Positions 1 to 6,835 of a stretch of 20,413 nucleotides of DNA are shown piece after piece. Position 1 is the stretch's first letter. The number at the start of each line of letters is the position of its first letter. The notes under the pieces are model-generated. The model was not told the origin of the DNA and made no database searches. It saw nothing but the letters and a program-made list of their open reading frames with translations. A program made the translations under genes and the position numbers. Origin of the DNA: Candidatus Asbonarchaeum danakilense (GTDB lineage Archaea; Nanohalarchaeota; Nanosalinia; Nanosalinales; Nanoanaerosalinaceae); assembly GCA_034190465.1 (NCBI GenBank), contig JAXINV010000001.1, positions 19,836-40,248 of the forward strand. The letters are read 5' to 3'.

Positions 1-1
1 C

Positions 2-121
2 TATGAAGGGGTCCAGCTGATCTCGGAACATGAGTTGTATGCACTGCGGAACTTCGATGAGTCACCGGCATCCTATCGTCGACAGGTGGATGACGATTAC
101 GGGACTGATGTGGAGCTGTAG
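2..121 (+). CDS. 3' end of an unidentified protein (partial, enters from left edge)
   Basis: Open frame from base 2 reads YEGVQLISEHELYALRNFDESPASYRRQVDDDYGTDVEL and stops at TAG 119-121. The composition is acidic like the other genes. Confidence 0.55.
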   Translation, partial: YEGVQLISEHELYALRNFDESPASYRRQVDDDYGTDVEL

Positions 122-130
122 GAGGGCAGT

Positions 131-145
131 GAAACTTGTTTATAT
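131..145 (+). promoter_or_regulatory. BRE/TATA promoter of the pilin-like gene (probably leaderless)
   Basis: GAAAC followed by TTTATAT (139-145), about 26 nt before ATG 171. Confidence 0.6.
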
Positions 146-170
146 CGACGGGGCCCATCGTTGACCGGTC

Positions 171-1979
171 ATGGGTCGGAACGGTATCACCCCTGTTATC
201 GCGGTTGTACTCCTGCTGATGATGACTGTCGCTGCAGCGGGAGGTGCCTATGCCTGGACGTCGGGCCTGATGGAGGGTTTCTTCGGCCGCGCTGAGGCGG
301 AGACGCAGCGTGATATCGCGATCAAGAACATTGCCTGTTTCAACCAGGCCCCGACTGCGGGGGACGGGGCCTACGTGGAGGTCTATTTCTCCAACACAGG
401 AACCAAGAAGCTGGATCTGCAACCTGTTGACATGCATATCCGGCCCAGAGATACGGGAAACATCAATTATAGTCTTACGAGGACGGGCATTAGTCTTACA
501 AGTGGTGCACTGAGCCCGATGATTGATTTCCAGTTTGGCGACGGGTTTGCGTCACCGGGGACGTCGTCAGCCTATATTATCGGCCTGGAAAGACGTTTTG
601 AGTCGGGTAAGAACTATGAGATCGAGTTCGTGTTCACGGACGAGGCTAATACCAAGCGTGTCGGCTACTGCCAGGCGCAGACAGGTGGCACGGCGACGTA
701 TGATACACGGGAGCCGGGGACAAACGATACGCAGACCGATCCTGCGGCCGGGGTGTCTATCGGTCTGAAACGAGGGTCGTTCCAGCTGCCGACGAATGTC
801 AGTGCACAGGATGTGCTTGTGGCTTCTGTGATGGCACTGAACAATGGATCTGAACGCGGCACGGCGACGGTGACGTTCACTGTCGATGATGACACGGGCA
901 CGGTGCGGAGCGATACGACGGACGTGACGCTGGATCCTGGTGAGAGCAGGGATGTTTCTACGTCGTTCGACGGTCTGACGCCAGGAGTCTACACCGTGAC
1001 GGCGTCGTGTTCGGGCTGTTCGTTCAACGGGCAGGTGTCCGGCCAACTGACGGTGACGGAGGCGCCGAACAGGACGGAGAATAAGACGACTACGACCGGC
1101 GGGCTCCGGCTCAGGTCGTTCACTGCACCTGGCTCGGTCGAGGCAGGAGGGATGCTGTCGCTGGAGGCGACGCTGGAGAACATGGCGGAGGTACGACGGG
1201 ATGTGGAGCTGGTGTTCACGCTTGTCGATGCAGAGGGATCCAGGACGGGTCGCAGCCGGGTGACGTCGACGATCTTGGCGGGACAGCAGGAGAAGCTGAC
1301 AGCGACACTCCAGGCACCGTCGTACGGGACGGATGCTACGTTGTCGGTGTCGTGCGCTGCCTGTAATGGAACCGGACGGCTATCACGGCAGGTGGCGGTA
1401 CAGCCGCCGCCGAGGCCGGAGGTCGGCATCCAGCGTGTCGATGCCCCCGCATCAGCAGATAGTTCGAGTAACATCACTGTCCAGGTGACGCTGCGGAACC
1501 AGGGCGAGGCGTCCGCGTCGCGCAGGGTCGTGGTGACGCTGCTTGACAACGGCGCGCCCCGGGACCAGTCGATGCGGACGGTCGAGGTCGGGGAGGGGGG
1601 CAGTAGGACGGCGACGTTCACCCTGACGACACCGGAGACGGGAGGAAATCTGTCGGTCGAGGCGACGTGCATGGACTGCGAGGCCTCGAACCGTGCGTCG
1701 GCCCGGCTAACGGTCGCAGCGCCTGCGACCGGTGGCGGGTTGCCGATTGCCCTGATCGTGGTTGTGGTCGTGGTGCTGGGTCTGCTCGCGGCGCTCGGCT
1801 ACTACCTGTACCAGCGTTCGTCGGAGGAAGGGCCGGAAGACCGGTCTGAAGGCAGTGATCAGGGACAGCCGCGCGGCCAGCAGTTCCGCCAGGGTGACAG
1901 GCAGCAGGGCGGTCAGGGCCAGCGTCCGCCACGCCAGCCGGAGGGGTTCGATGAGGACGATGACAAGTACTACCAGTAG
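171..1979 (+). CDS. Type IV pilin-like surface protein: class III signal peptide, pilin domain, three CARDB/Ig-like repeats, C-terminal TM helix and Q/G-rich tail
   Basis: The N-terminus MGRNG/ITPVIAVVLLLMMTVAAAGGAY matches the archaeal prepilin/archaellin pattern. There are three roughly 105-115 aa beta-rich repeats (L.N.G...LxPGE-type). A hydrophobic segment LPIALIVVVVVVLGLLAALGYYLY lies near the C-terminus. Confidence 0.85.
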   Translation: MGRNGITPVIAVVLLLMMTVAAAGGAYAWTSGLMEGFFGRAEAETQRDIAIKNIACFNQAPTAGDGAYVEVYFSNTGTKKLDLQPVDMHIRPRDTGNINYSLTRTGISLTSGALSPMIDFQFGDGFASPGTSSAYIIGLERRFESGKNYEIEFVFTDEANTKRVGYCQAQTGGTATYDTREPGTNDTQTDPAAGVSIGLKRGSFQLPTNVSAQDVLVASVMALNNGSERGTATVTFTVDDDTGTVRSDTTDVTLDPGESRDVSTSFDGLTPGVYTVTASCSGCSFNGQVSGQLTVTEAPNRTENKTTTTGGLRLRSFTAPGSVEAGGMLSLEATLENMAEVRRDVELVFTLVDAEGSRTGRSRVTSTILAGQQEKLTATLQAPSYGTDATLSVSCAACNGTGRLSRQVAVQPPPRPEVGIQRVDAPASADSSSNITVQVTLRNQGEASASRRVVVTLLDNGAPRDQSMRTVEVGEGGSRTATFTLTTPETGGNLSVEATCMDCEASNRASARLTVAAPATGGGLPIALIVVVVVVLGLLAALGYYLYQRSSEEGPEDRSEGSDQGQPRGQQFRQGDRQQGGQGQRPPRQPEGFDEDDDKYYQ

Positions 1980-2023
1980 TCGCCGTAACCTTCTTATTCT
2001 GCCACCTCCCATCCGGAAGTGGT

Positions 2024-2422
2024 ATGGGACGGACGTGCTCGGTGTATCTTGAGGACCAGGAGGGGGCGGTCATCCTGCTGAAGCTCGAGGAGGGCCGTTT
2101 CGAGGGCAAGTGGCGTCCCCCTGGTGGTGTGATCAAGGACGATGACAAGGATCCTCGCGAGGCGGCGAAGGAGTATGCCCAGGAGCAGCTGGGGGTCGAT
2201 GTGGAGCTGTTCCCGTACGAGGAGACGATTGAGTACAAGAACGATACGTCCTACGTGTTCAAGGGCCGGATGGTCGGCGTCAGTCCGGAGCCGGGCGAAG
2301 GGTTCGCGGAGCTGAAACGTGTGACGTACGATGAGATCCTGAACACGGATCTGGCCGGCTACACGGAGGCCGACCTGAAACGGCTGCCTGGTGATTTCTT
2401 CGGGAGGTATCCGGCTCAGTAA
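2024..2422 (+). CDS. Nudix-fold protein with degenerate Nudix box
   Basis: VILLKL...GKWRPPGG...EAAKEYAQEQLGV resembles the Nudix fold context, and the length (132 aa) fits. Confidence 0.75.
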   Translation: MGRTCSVYLEDQEGAVILLKLEEGRFEGKWRPPGGVIKDDDKDPREAAKEYAQEQLGVDVELFPYEETIEYKNDTSYVFKGRMVGVSPEPGEGFAELKRVTYDEILNTDLAGYTEADLKRLPGDFFGRYPAQ

Positions 2423-2940
2423 CGTTCGAGCCGCCCGTCGTTCTCTTCGAGGACGCCGATGTCGATGAGTTCGTCGATACCGTCGCTGACCGTCTTCTGT
2501 TCTGCTCCGCTCTCCTCGCTGATCGCCTGGACGATGTCCTCCCGCTGCTGCGGTTGCTCTGGTTCCAAGACGTAGAGGTGTGTCAATGCGGTGGTCGCGG
2601 CGTCTGACAGGTCGCTGAGGTCGTCGTCCTTGTCCCAGTCCTCGGCCCCGCAGTCACAGGTGGCGGGTTCGCCTCTGGTGAGGAGGACTTGGCCGCAGTC
2701 TTGGCACCGCCACGCTGTGATGGCCTGCTGTGCATGGCGTTCGTACTGTTCACGGATGTCGTCCAGCGCGTCCTGAAGTTCGTCGAGCTGGTCGCGGGTC
2801 AGGTGGTGGAAGACTTCTTCGTGGCTGTTGCCTTTTCTGGATATCTCGAGCAGGAACGGTTCGTCCGGGGGGCTGTCCTGCTGTTTGACCAGCCGGAGTT
2901 CGAGCTCGCCGATGACACGCTGGTAGGGCAGGTCGGACAT
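2416..2940 (-). CDS. Hypothetical protein with rubredoxin-like Zn ribbon and C-terminal winged helix
   Basis: The likely start is ATG 2940 (MSDLPYQ), 2 nt after the upstream stop. It carries WRCQDCG...CDCG and a C-terminal IDELIDIGVLEENDGRL wHTH-like pattern. Confidence 0.75.
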   Translation of the reverse strand: MSDLPYQRVIGELELRLVKQQDSPPDEPFLLEISRKGNSHEEVFHHLTRDQLDELQDALDDIREQYERHAQQAITAWRCQDCGQVLLTRGEPATCDCGAEDWDKDDDLSDLSDAATTALTHLYVLEPEQPQQREDIVQAISEESGAEQKTVSDGIDELIDIGVLEENDGRLERY

Positions 2941-2942
2941 GG

Positions 2943-3641
2943 CTAGATGAACATGGGCGTTGTCTCTCGGTAGGCTTCGTATGGCTCCGGGTCGTCGAGC
3001 TGGTCGATGACCTCCTGTTCCTCCCGGAGGGCAAGTTTGTAGTAGGTGTACAGCAGCACGGGCAGCATGAGCCCGGTCAGGACGGTCGGCCAGCCGATGA
3101 ACCAGCCCAGTGCGATCAATACGATGCCGACGTACTGTGGGTGACGGGAGTACCGGTAGATCCCGTCGGTGACGAGGTCGTCGCCGGCGGTGTAGATCGT
3201 GTACCAGCCGACGGCGACGGTCGCCATGCCGAGCACGGTGATGCCGGCGCCGATCAGCATCCACAGTGTCATGCCGAAGCTCTGCCCGAGCACGGAGAAG
3301 GAGACGAGATAGGTCTGGGGCTGTGCCGCGGCCGGTGAGACGAAGGAGGAGGTGAGGTAGATGCTGAGCGGGATGCCGTACATCTCGATGAACAGTGAGA
3401 CGATGAATGCGGCGTAGATGCCCATGGATTTCCAGTCAGCGTGTTTCCGGTACTGAAGAGGGATGAGGAAGATGAGGAAGCCGGCGATGTTCAACAGGAC
3501 GAGGTCCCACCGCTGCTGGACGACGAGCCGGTTGACCTGGCCGGTGAGGAAGTAGAGCAGGTGGTCGATGAACGAAGGCAGACCAACAATCGCGAGCGCT
3601 GCCAGGAACCCGAACCCGAACGACCGCCTGTCGATGGCCAT
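2943..3641 (-). CDS. Isoprenylcysteine carboxyl methyltransferase (Ste14/PEMT) family membrane protein
   Basis: Multiple TM helices, the family motif [20 protein letters not shown], and [11 protein letters not shown]. The start ATG 3641 is about 25 nt downstream of a minus-strand TTTTTTAT box. Confidence 0.9.
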   Translation of the reverse strand: MAIDRRSFGFGFLAALAIVGLPSFIDHLLYFLTGQVNRLVVQQRWDLVLLNIAGFLIFLIPLQYRKHADWKSMGIYAAFIVSLFIEMYGIPLSIYLTSSFVSPAAAQPQTYLVSFSVLGQSFGMTLWMLIGAGITVLGMATVAVGWYTIYTAGDDLVTDGIYRYSRHPQYVGIVLIALGWFIGWPTVLTGLMLPVLLYTYYKLALREEQEVIDQLDDPEPYEAYRETTPMFI

Positions 3642-3682
3642 GGACACTGACTCGCCGATGCACTGATAAAAAAGTAACCGGA

Positions 3683-3914
3683 CGCCTGCAGTTACGCAGG
3701 CGGCGCGATCTGTTGGGGTGTCCACAGGACACCCCTTCCCGCGTATCAATACTCATTAACGCTCCGAGTTAACTCGAGTCGACTGAAATCTTCGATTTCA
3801 GGACTCCGCGGAGGAATTGGGCCCCGACGACTACGAAACCGCTACGCGGTTTCTAGAGCAGAAATTCTCTACGAGAATTTCAAGATTTGAACGTCGAAAA
3901 CCTTGCAGGTTTTC
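3683..3914. repeat. Cluster of short perfect inverted repeats (palindromic hairpins)
   Basis: Hairpins at 3683-3702 (CGCCTGC/GCAGGCG), 3715-3735 (GGGGTGTCC-aca-GGACACCCC), 3765-3776 (CGAGTTAACTCG), 3783-3801, 3835-3853, 3861-3881 and 3896-3914. Confidence 0.85.
3816..3892 (-). repeat. Degenerate, interrupted direct copy of the tRNA-Lys 3' end (att-like)
   Basis: ATTGGGCCCCGACG (3816-3829) versus tRNA-end ATTGGGCCCGACG (3941-3953), and GATTTGAAC (3884-3892) versus the T-loop GATTTGAAC (3955-3963). The two pieces are separated by two hairpins. Confidence 0.6.
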
Positions 3915-3932
3915 TCACGGTTCAGAATCCCG

Positions 3933-3940
3933 AAAAAGAG
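3933..3940 (-). terminator. Oligo-T terminator after tRNA-Lys
   Basis: Minus-strand CTCTTTTT begins 2 nt after the discriminator base. Confidence 0.55.
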
Positions 3941-3942
3941 AT

Positions 3943-4221
3943 TGGGCCCGACGGGATTTGAACCCGCGACTATCGGGTATCTTCCCAGACCGACGAATCG
4001 GCCTGTCCCGTTCAACTGTAATCATCGGGCACGAAGATCAGAGATCTTCTCAAACCGTCTTCCCGCAGCAGCGGAAAGCCGGTGGCCCTCATCGCTTCTA
4101 ACCGGGAGTCCCAGTACAGCATGTCGTCCAGTCGGTCAGCCGTGCTGACCGGCTCCGCATGCCGCCTGGGCGTAGCAGGCGGTTAAAAGCCCGATGCTCT
4201 GCCAGACTGAGCTACGGGCCC
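3943..4221 (-). tRNA. tRNA-Lys(UUU) with a 205-nt intron at position 37/38 (exons 4221-4184 and 3978-3943)
   Basis: The joined exons read GGGCCCG TA GCTC AGTCTGGCA GAGC A TCGGG CTTTTA^A CCCGA TAGTC GCGGG TTCAAAT CCCGT CGGGCCC A. All four stems pair, the anticodon is TTT, and CCA is not encoded. Confidence 0.95.
3979..4183 (-). ncRNA. Bulge-helix-bulge tRNA intron, 205 nt, multi-hairpin
   Basis: The central helix is CUUU(32-35)/GAAG, with 3-nt bulges UA^A and AU^A and an outer helix CCG/UGG. Internal hairpins include CAGGCCGA-UUCG-UCGGUCUG. Confidence 0.85.
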
Positions 4222-4408
4222 AATGTAGTCCGTAGCGAACGGTGCCCGTGACTGATATCGCCTCCATCGGGCAGGAGGCAGCGGCGCGTCAGACGCCGTG
4301 GGCATGGAAGCGTACGGCGTCCACATTTATTAATGCTTCTCGCAGCCCGGGGCCGGCGCGGTGGACGGAGGCGCAACCGATTTAACCCGGCGAGGCGAAT
4401 TTCACCGC

Positions 4409-5137
4409 ATGGAGTTCCACGACGCGTTCTACCCCGACCCGGAGCTGGGCCGGGACGAGCAGGAGGAGATGCAGCGGACGGTCGCTGCCAGGGCGGTGTT
4501 CGAGGACCGGTTCGACTGGCAGGAGCCGGACGTGGTCGCGGGCATCGACCAGGCGTTCGTCGGCAACGAGCAAGCGGTCAGCGCCGCGGTCGTGCTGCAG
4601 GACGGTGAGGTCGTGGAACGGGTCAGGGCTGCGGAGCCGCTTCGGACACCGTACATCCCCGGTCTGCTCGCGTTACGCGAAGGTGAGGCCATCGTCTCGG
4701 TGCTGGAGCGGATGGACGCTGACCCCGACCTGCTGATGCTGGACGGCAGCGGCCGGATCCATTTCCGCCAGGCCGGCATCGCGACCCACATCGGGGTGTA
4801 CGCCGATGTCCCGGCCGTCGGCGTGGCGAAGAACCTGCTGTGCGGCGAACCGGAGCAGGACCTGGACCAGGCGTTCGAACAGGGGACGCGTATCCCCGTC
4901 CACGCTGACCACAGCGTGGAGAACCTGGACGACGAGGTCATCGGCTATGCGTACCAGTCGAAGCAGTTCGACGACACGTCGAGCCGTTCGATCAACCCGC
5001 TGCTCGTCAGCCCCGGGCACCGCGTCGGCAACGGGACCGCGGTCAACCTGGTGGAGGCGTTCTGCGACGGGTACAAGCTGCCGGAGCCGACCCGGCTGGC
5101 GGACCGGTACTGCGACGAGGTCAAGGAGGCACGCTAA
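4409..5137 (+). CDS. nfi: Endonuclease V (deoxyinosine 3' endonuclease)
   Basis: Motifs VAGIDQAF, PYIPGLLALRE, LDGSGRIHFRQAGIATHIG, GVAKN, VSPGHR and YKLPEPTRLAD. ATG 4409 lies about 25 nt after TTTAA. Confidence 0.95.
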   Translation: MEFHDAFYPDPELGRDEQEEMQRTVAARAVFEDRFDWQEPDVVAGIDQAFVGNEQAVSAAVVLQDGEVVERVRAAEPLRTPYIPGLLALREGEAIVSVLERMDADPDLLMLDGSGRIHFRQAGIATHIGVYADVPAVGVAKNLLCGEPEQDLDQAFEQGTRIPVHADHSVENLDDEVIGYAYQSKQFDDTSSRSINPLLVSPGHRVGNGTAVNLVEAFCDGYKLPEPTRLADRYCDEVKEAR

Positions 5138-5168
5138 TTTTAAGACCGCGCCGTTCCAACCATCGTGT

Positions 5169-5567
5169 ATGGACTTGCACTTAAACCGGCGTGACTTCCA
5201 GGTCGTCGCCACGTTCGCGGTGATCGATCTCGGCCTGACGGTGTACGGCATCTCGACCGGGCTCGGCACGGAGTTGTCGCCGTTCTTCCGGCCGTTCACG
5301 CAACGCCTGCCCTGGATGATCGGTGGCGCGTTGTTCTACCTCGCGGTCCTGGAAGTGTTCAACCTCCTACTTGCCGGCGAGCTGCGCAACGTGCTGGCAG
5401 CTGTCGGGGCGGGGATGCATCTGATGGGCATGTCGACCTGGGTGCTGGCGATCGTCTCCCCGGAGCTGGCCGGGAACATGTCGGTGCGGTACATGCTGTT
5501 CATCTGGACGTCGGTCGCTACGGCGGGCAGCTACGCGGTCTTTGAGCGGCGGGGCTGGCGTTACTGA
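5169..5567 (+). CDS. Small multi-pass membrane protein (DUF5658-like)
   Basis: Start ATG 5169 follows a TTTTAA box. It has four hydrophobic segments and a D.GLT..G...G.G.E.(S/N)P pattern. Confidence 0.7.
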   Translation: MDLHLNRRDFQVVATFAVIDLGLTVYGISTGLGTELSPFFRPFTQRLPWMIGGALFYLAVLEVFNLLLAGELRNVLAAVGAGMHLMGMSTWVLAIVSPELAGNMSVRYMLFIWTSVATAGSYAVFERRGWRY

Positions 5568-5884
5568 TAGCAGTGGAACACGTTGACGTTGTAGTCCTCT
5601 GCCGCGTCGAGGACCTTGTCGGCCCTGCCGCTTGACCCGATGACGATGACCTGGTCGGCGTAGTACAGCGCCTGCTCGATGTCATCCAGCTGGACGACCG
5701 GCTTGCCGAGCTCGGCGGCGTGCTGTTCGCCGAGCTGTTCCGCGTCGCCGGTGCCCGTGGTCACAACCTCTGAGATGAGGAACGGTGCCTCGGAGAAGCA
5801 GTCGTGGTGGATCGTGCCGTACTCTTTCTCCGGCAGCTCTTTCCGCCCGGTGATGAACGCGGGTTCGGGGTCGGACCAGGACAT
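5561..5884 (-). CDS. SLOG-superfamily (DUF2493/YspA-like) small protein
   Basis: FITGRK, ISEVVTTGTGDAEQLGEQHAAELGKPV and YADQVIVIGSSG match the SLOG Rossmann-like layout. Confidence 0.65.
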   Translation of the reverse strand: MSWSDPEPAFITGRKELPEKEYGTIHHDCFSEAPFLISEVVTTGTGDAEQLGEQHAAELGKPVVQLDDIEQALYYADQVIVIGSSGRADKVLDAAEDYNVNVFHCYQ

Positions 5885-5945
5885 GGGTTGTTGTCCGGGC
5901 CGGTCGTTTTTATGCCCTCGCGCCCCAGCTACATGCCGAGGAAGC

Positions 5946-6143
5946 GTGCTTCACGGGAAGGAGGGCGCACATCCGTCACAGCCTGACAGCTTCCTACTCT
6001 ACAATGCGGTGAGGGACGTCGATTTCGACGTCGAGGACCTGGTCGGTGACTTCGGCTGGTTCTACCACGGGAAGCATCTGGCGGTCGACCTGTCGATCGG
6101 GCTGCACTGTCTGGACGACGATCTCTGGGAGGAGCTACCCTGA
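5946..6143 (+). CDS. Short hypothetical protein, possibly a truncated gene remnant; start uncertain
   Basis: The 3' part is acidic and protein-like (DVDFDVEDLVGDFGWFYHGKHL...LWEELP). The only nearby in-frame start is GTG 5946, and the best-placed ATG (5933) is out of frame. Confidence 0.4.
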   Translation: MLHGKEGAHPSQPDSFLLYNAVRDVDFDVEDLVGDFGWFYHGKHLAVDLSIGLHCLDDDLWEELP

Positions 6144-6183
6144 CCGGTAACGTGATAAACCGGTGTTGCCAAGGTACATCCCG

Positions 6184-6450
6184 GTGACAGCGGACGACTA
6201 TACGGGGGCCGCGAAGCGTCTGGTCGAGCAGTACCAGGAGATAATGGGCGCTCCCGCCATCGGGGTTGCCCGGAAGAACGAGAACCTCAAACTGAAGGAA
6301 GACGACGTTACGGGGTTCGAAGGCGGCCGTGACGAACTCGATGCCCTGATAACCCAGTATGAGGAGATCATCGGTCAGGTCGCGGTGAGGATGGCGCGCA
6401 AGGCGCTCGCAGACGTCGACGTTGCACTCCCTGAACGGGTGGAAGCATGA
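6184..6450 (+). CDS. Small helical protein with internal two-fold repeat (putative signalling domain)
   Basis: GTG 6184 is about 25 nt after GATAAAC. The repeats are LVEQYQEIMGAPAIGVARK and LITQYEEIIGQVAVRMARK. The stop overlaps the next start (ATGA). Confidence 0.75.
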   Translation: MTADDYTGAAKRLVEQYQEIMGAPAIGVARKNENLKLKEDDVTGFEGGRDELDALITQYEEIIGQVAVRMARKALADVDVALPERVEA

Positions 6451-6734
6451 CAGCAGAGTATTTCATCATCGCCGGTATCGTGGTTCTGTTCTATGGGCTG
6501 TACATGGCTCTCAAACTCCGTGATACCCTGGGTTCGGGTGAGCTGAAACAGGCATGGGATCTGCTCACGGTGCTTATCGGAGTGTTCATCGTGGGCTATA
6601 TCGGCTACATCTGTGCCCAGTACTTCTTCACCCTGCCGGTCGAGCCCCGACTGGTGACGGGGGCGGTGTTCTTCCTCGGCGCGATCTTTGTCGCGGTCAC
6701 GGCCCGGGCCAATTACCGGGTCTTCCAGGTCTGA
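6447..6734 (+). CDS. Three-TM membrane protein resembling a stand-alone membrane sensor domain
   Basis: Three hydrophobic helices with a W..L..LI..F..GY..Y ... VFFLGAIFV pattern. It is translationally coupled to the upstream gene. Confidence 0.8.
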   Translation: MTAEYFIIAGIVVLFYGLYMALKLRDTLGSGELKQAWDLLTVLIGVFIVGYIGYICAQYFFTLPVEPRLVTGAVFFLGAIFVAVTARANYRVFQV

Positions 6735-6782
6735 GCCAGGGCTGACAGATGTAGGAGAGGGCTTACTCTGGTGCGTGCTGGA

Positions 6783-6820
6783 GGGGAAAAGAAAACAGGG
6801 TTCCGGGGCGGAGCGCCCCG
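6783..6820 (-). terminator. Hairpin plus T-tract terminator of the 7036-6836 gene
   Basis: CGGGGCG-gag-CGCCCCG (6804-6820) is followed on the minus strand by CTGTTTTCTTTT. Confidence 0.5.
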
Positions 6821-6835
6821 TTGTTGCTGGCGTTA

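Noticed and set aside
3783..3914. CRISPR array
   Set aside because: The units differ in sequence, the gaps are irregular and mostly too short (7-33 nt), and there are no cas genes in the window.
3817..4148. ORFs 3817-4101 and 3903-4148
   Set aside because: They are antisense to the tRNA and its intron, and their basic composition is unlike this acidic proteome.
3979..4183. Self-splicing group I or group II intron in the tRNA
   Set aside because: No terminal G is compatible with a valid anticodon loop, there are no recognisable P7 (R/S) elements, and there is no GUGYG start or domain V. A canonical BHB motif explains the junctions.
4230..4280. HDV-like/theta or hammerhead ribozyme next to the tRNA
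   Set aside because: Two crossing stems exist, but I could not find P3/L3 with a J4/2 catalytic C, or a CUGANGA/GAAA core.
5933..5986. 17-aa ORF MPRKRASREGGRTSVTA, or a programmed frameshift into 5946-6143
   Set aside because: It is well placed behind a TTTTTAT box, but there is no clear slippery site or homology evidence. The AT tract may simply serve the divergent gene.
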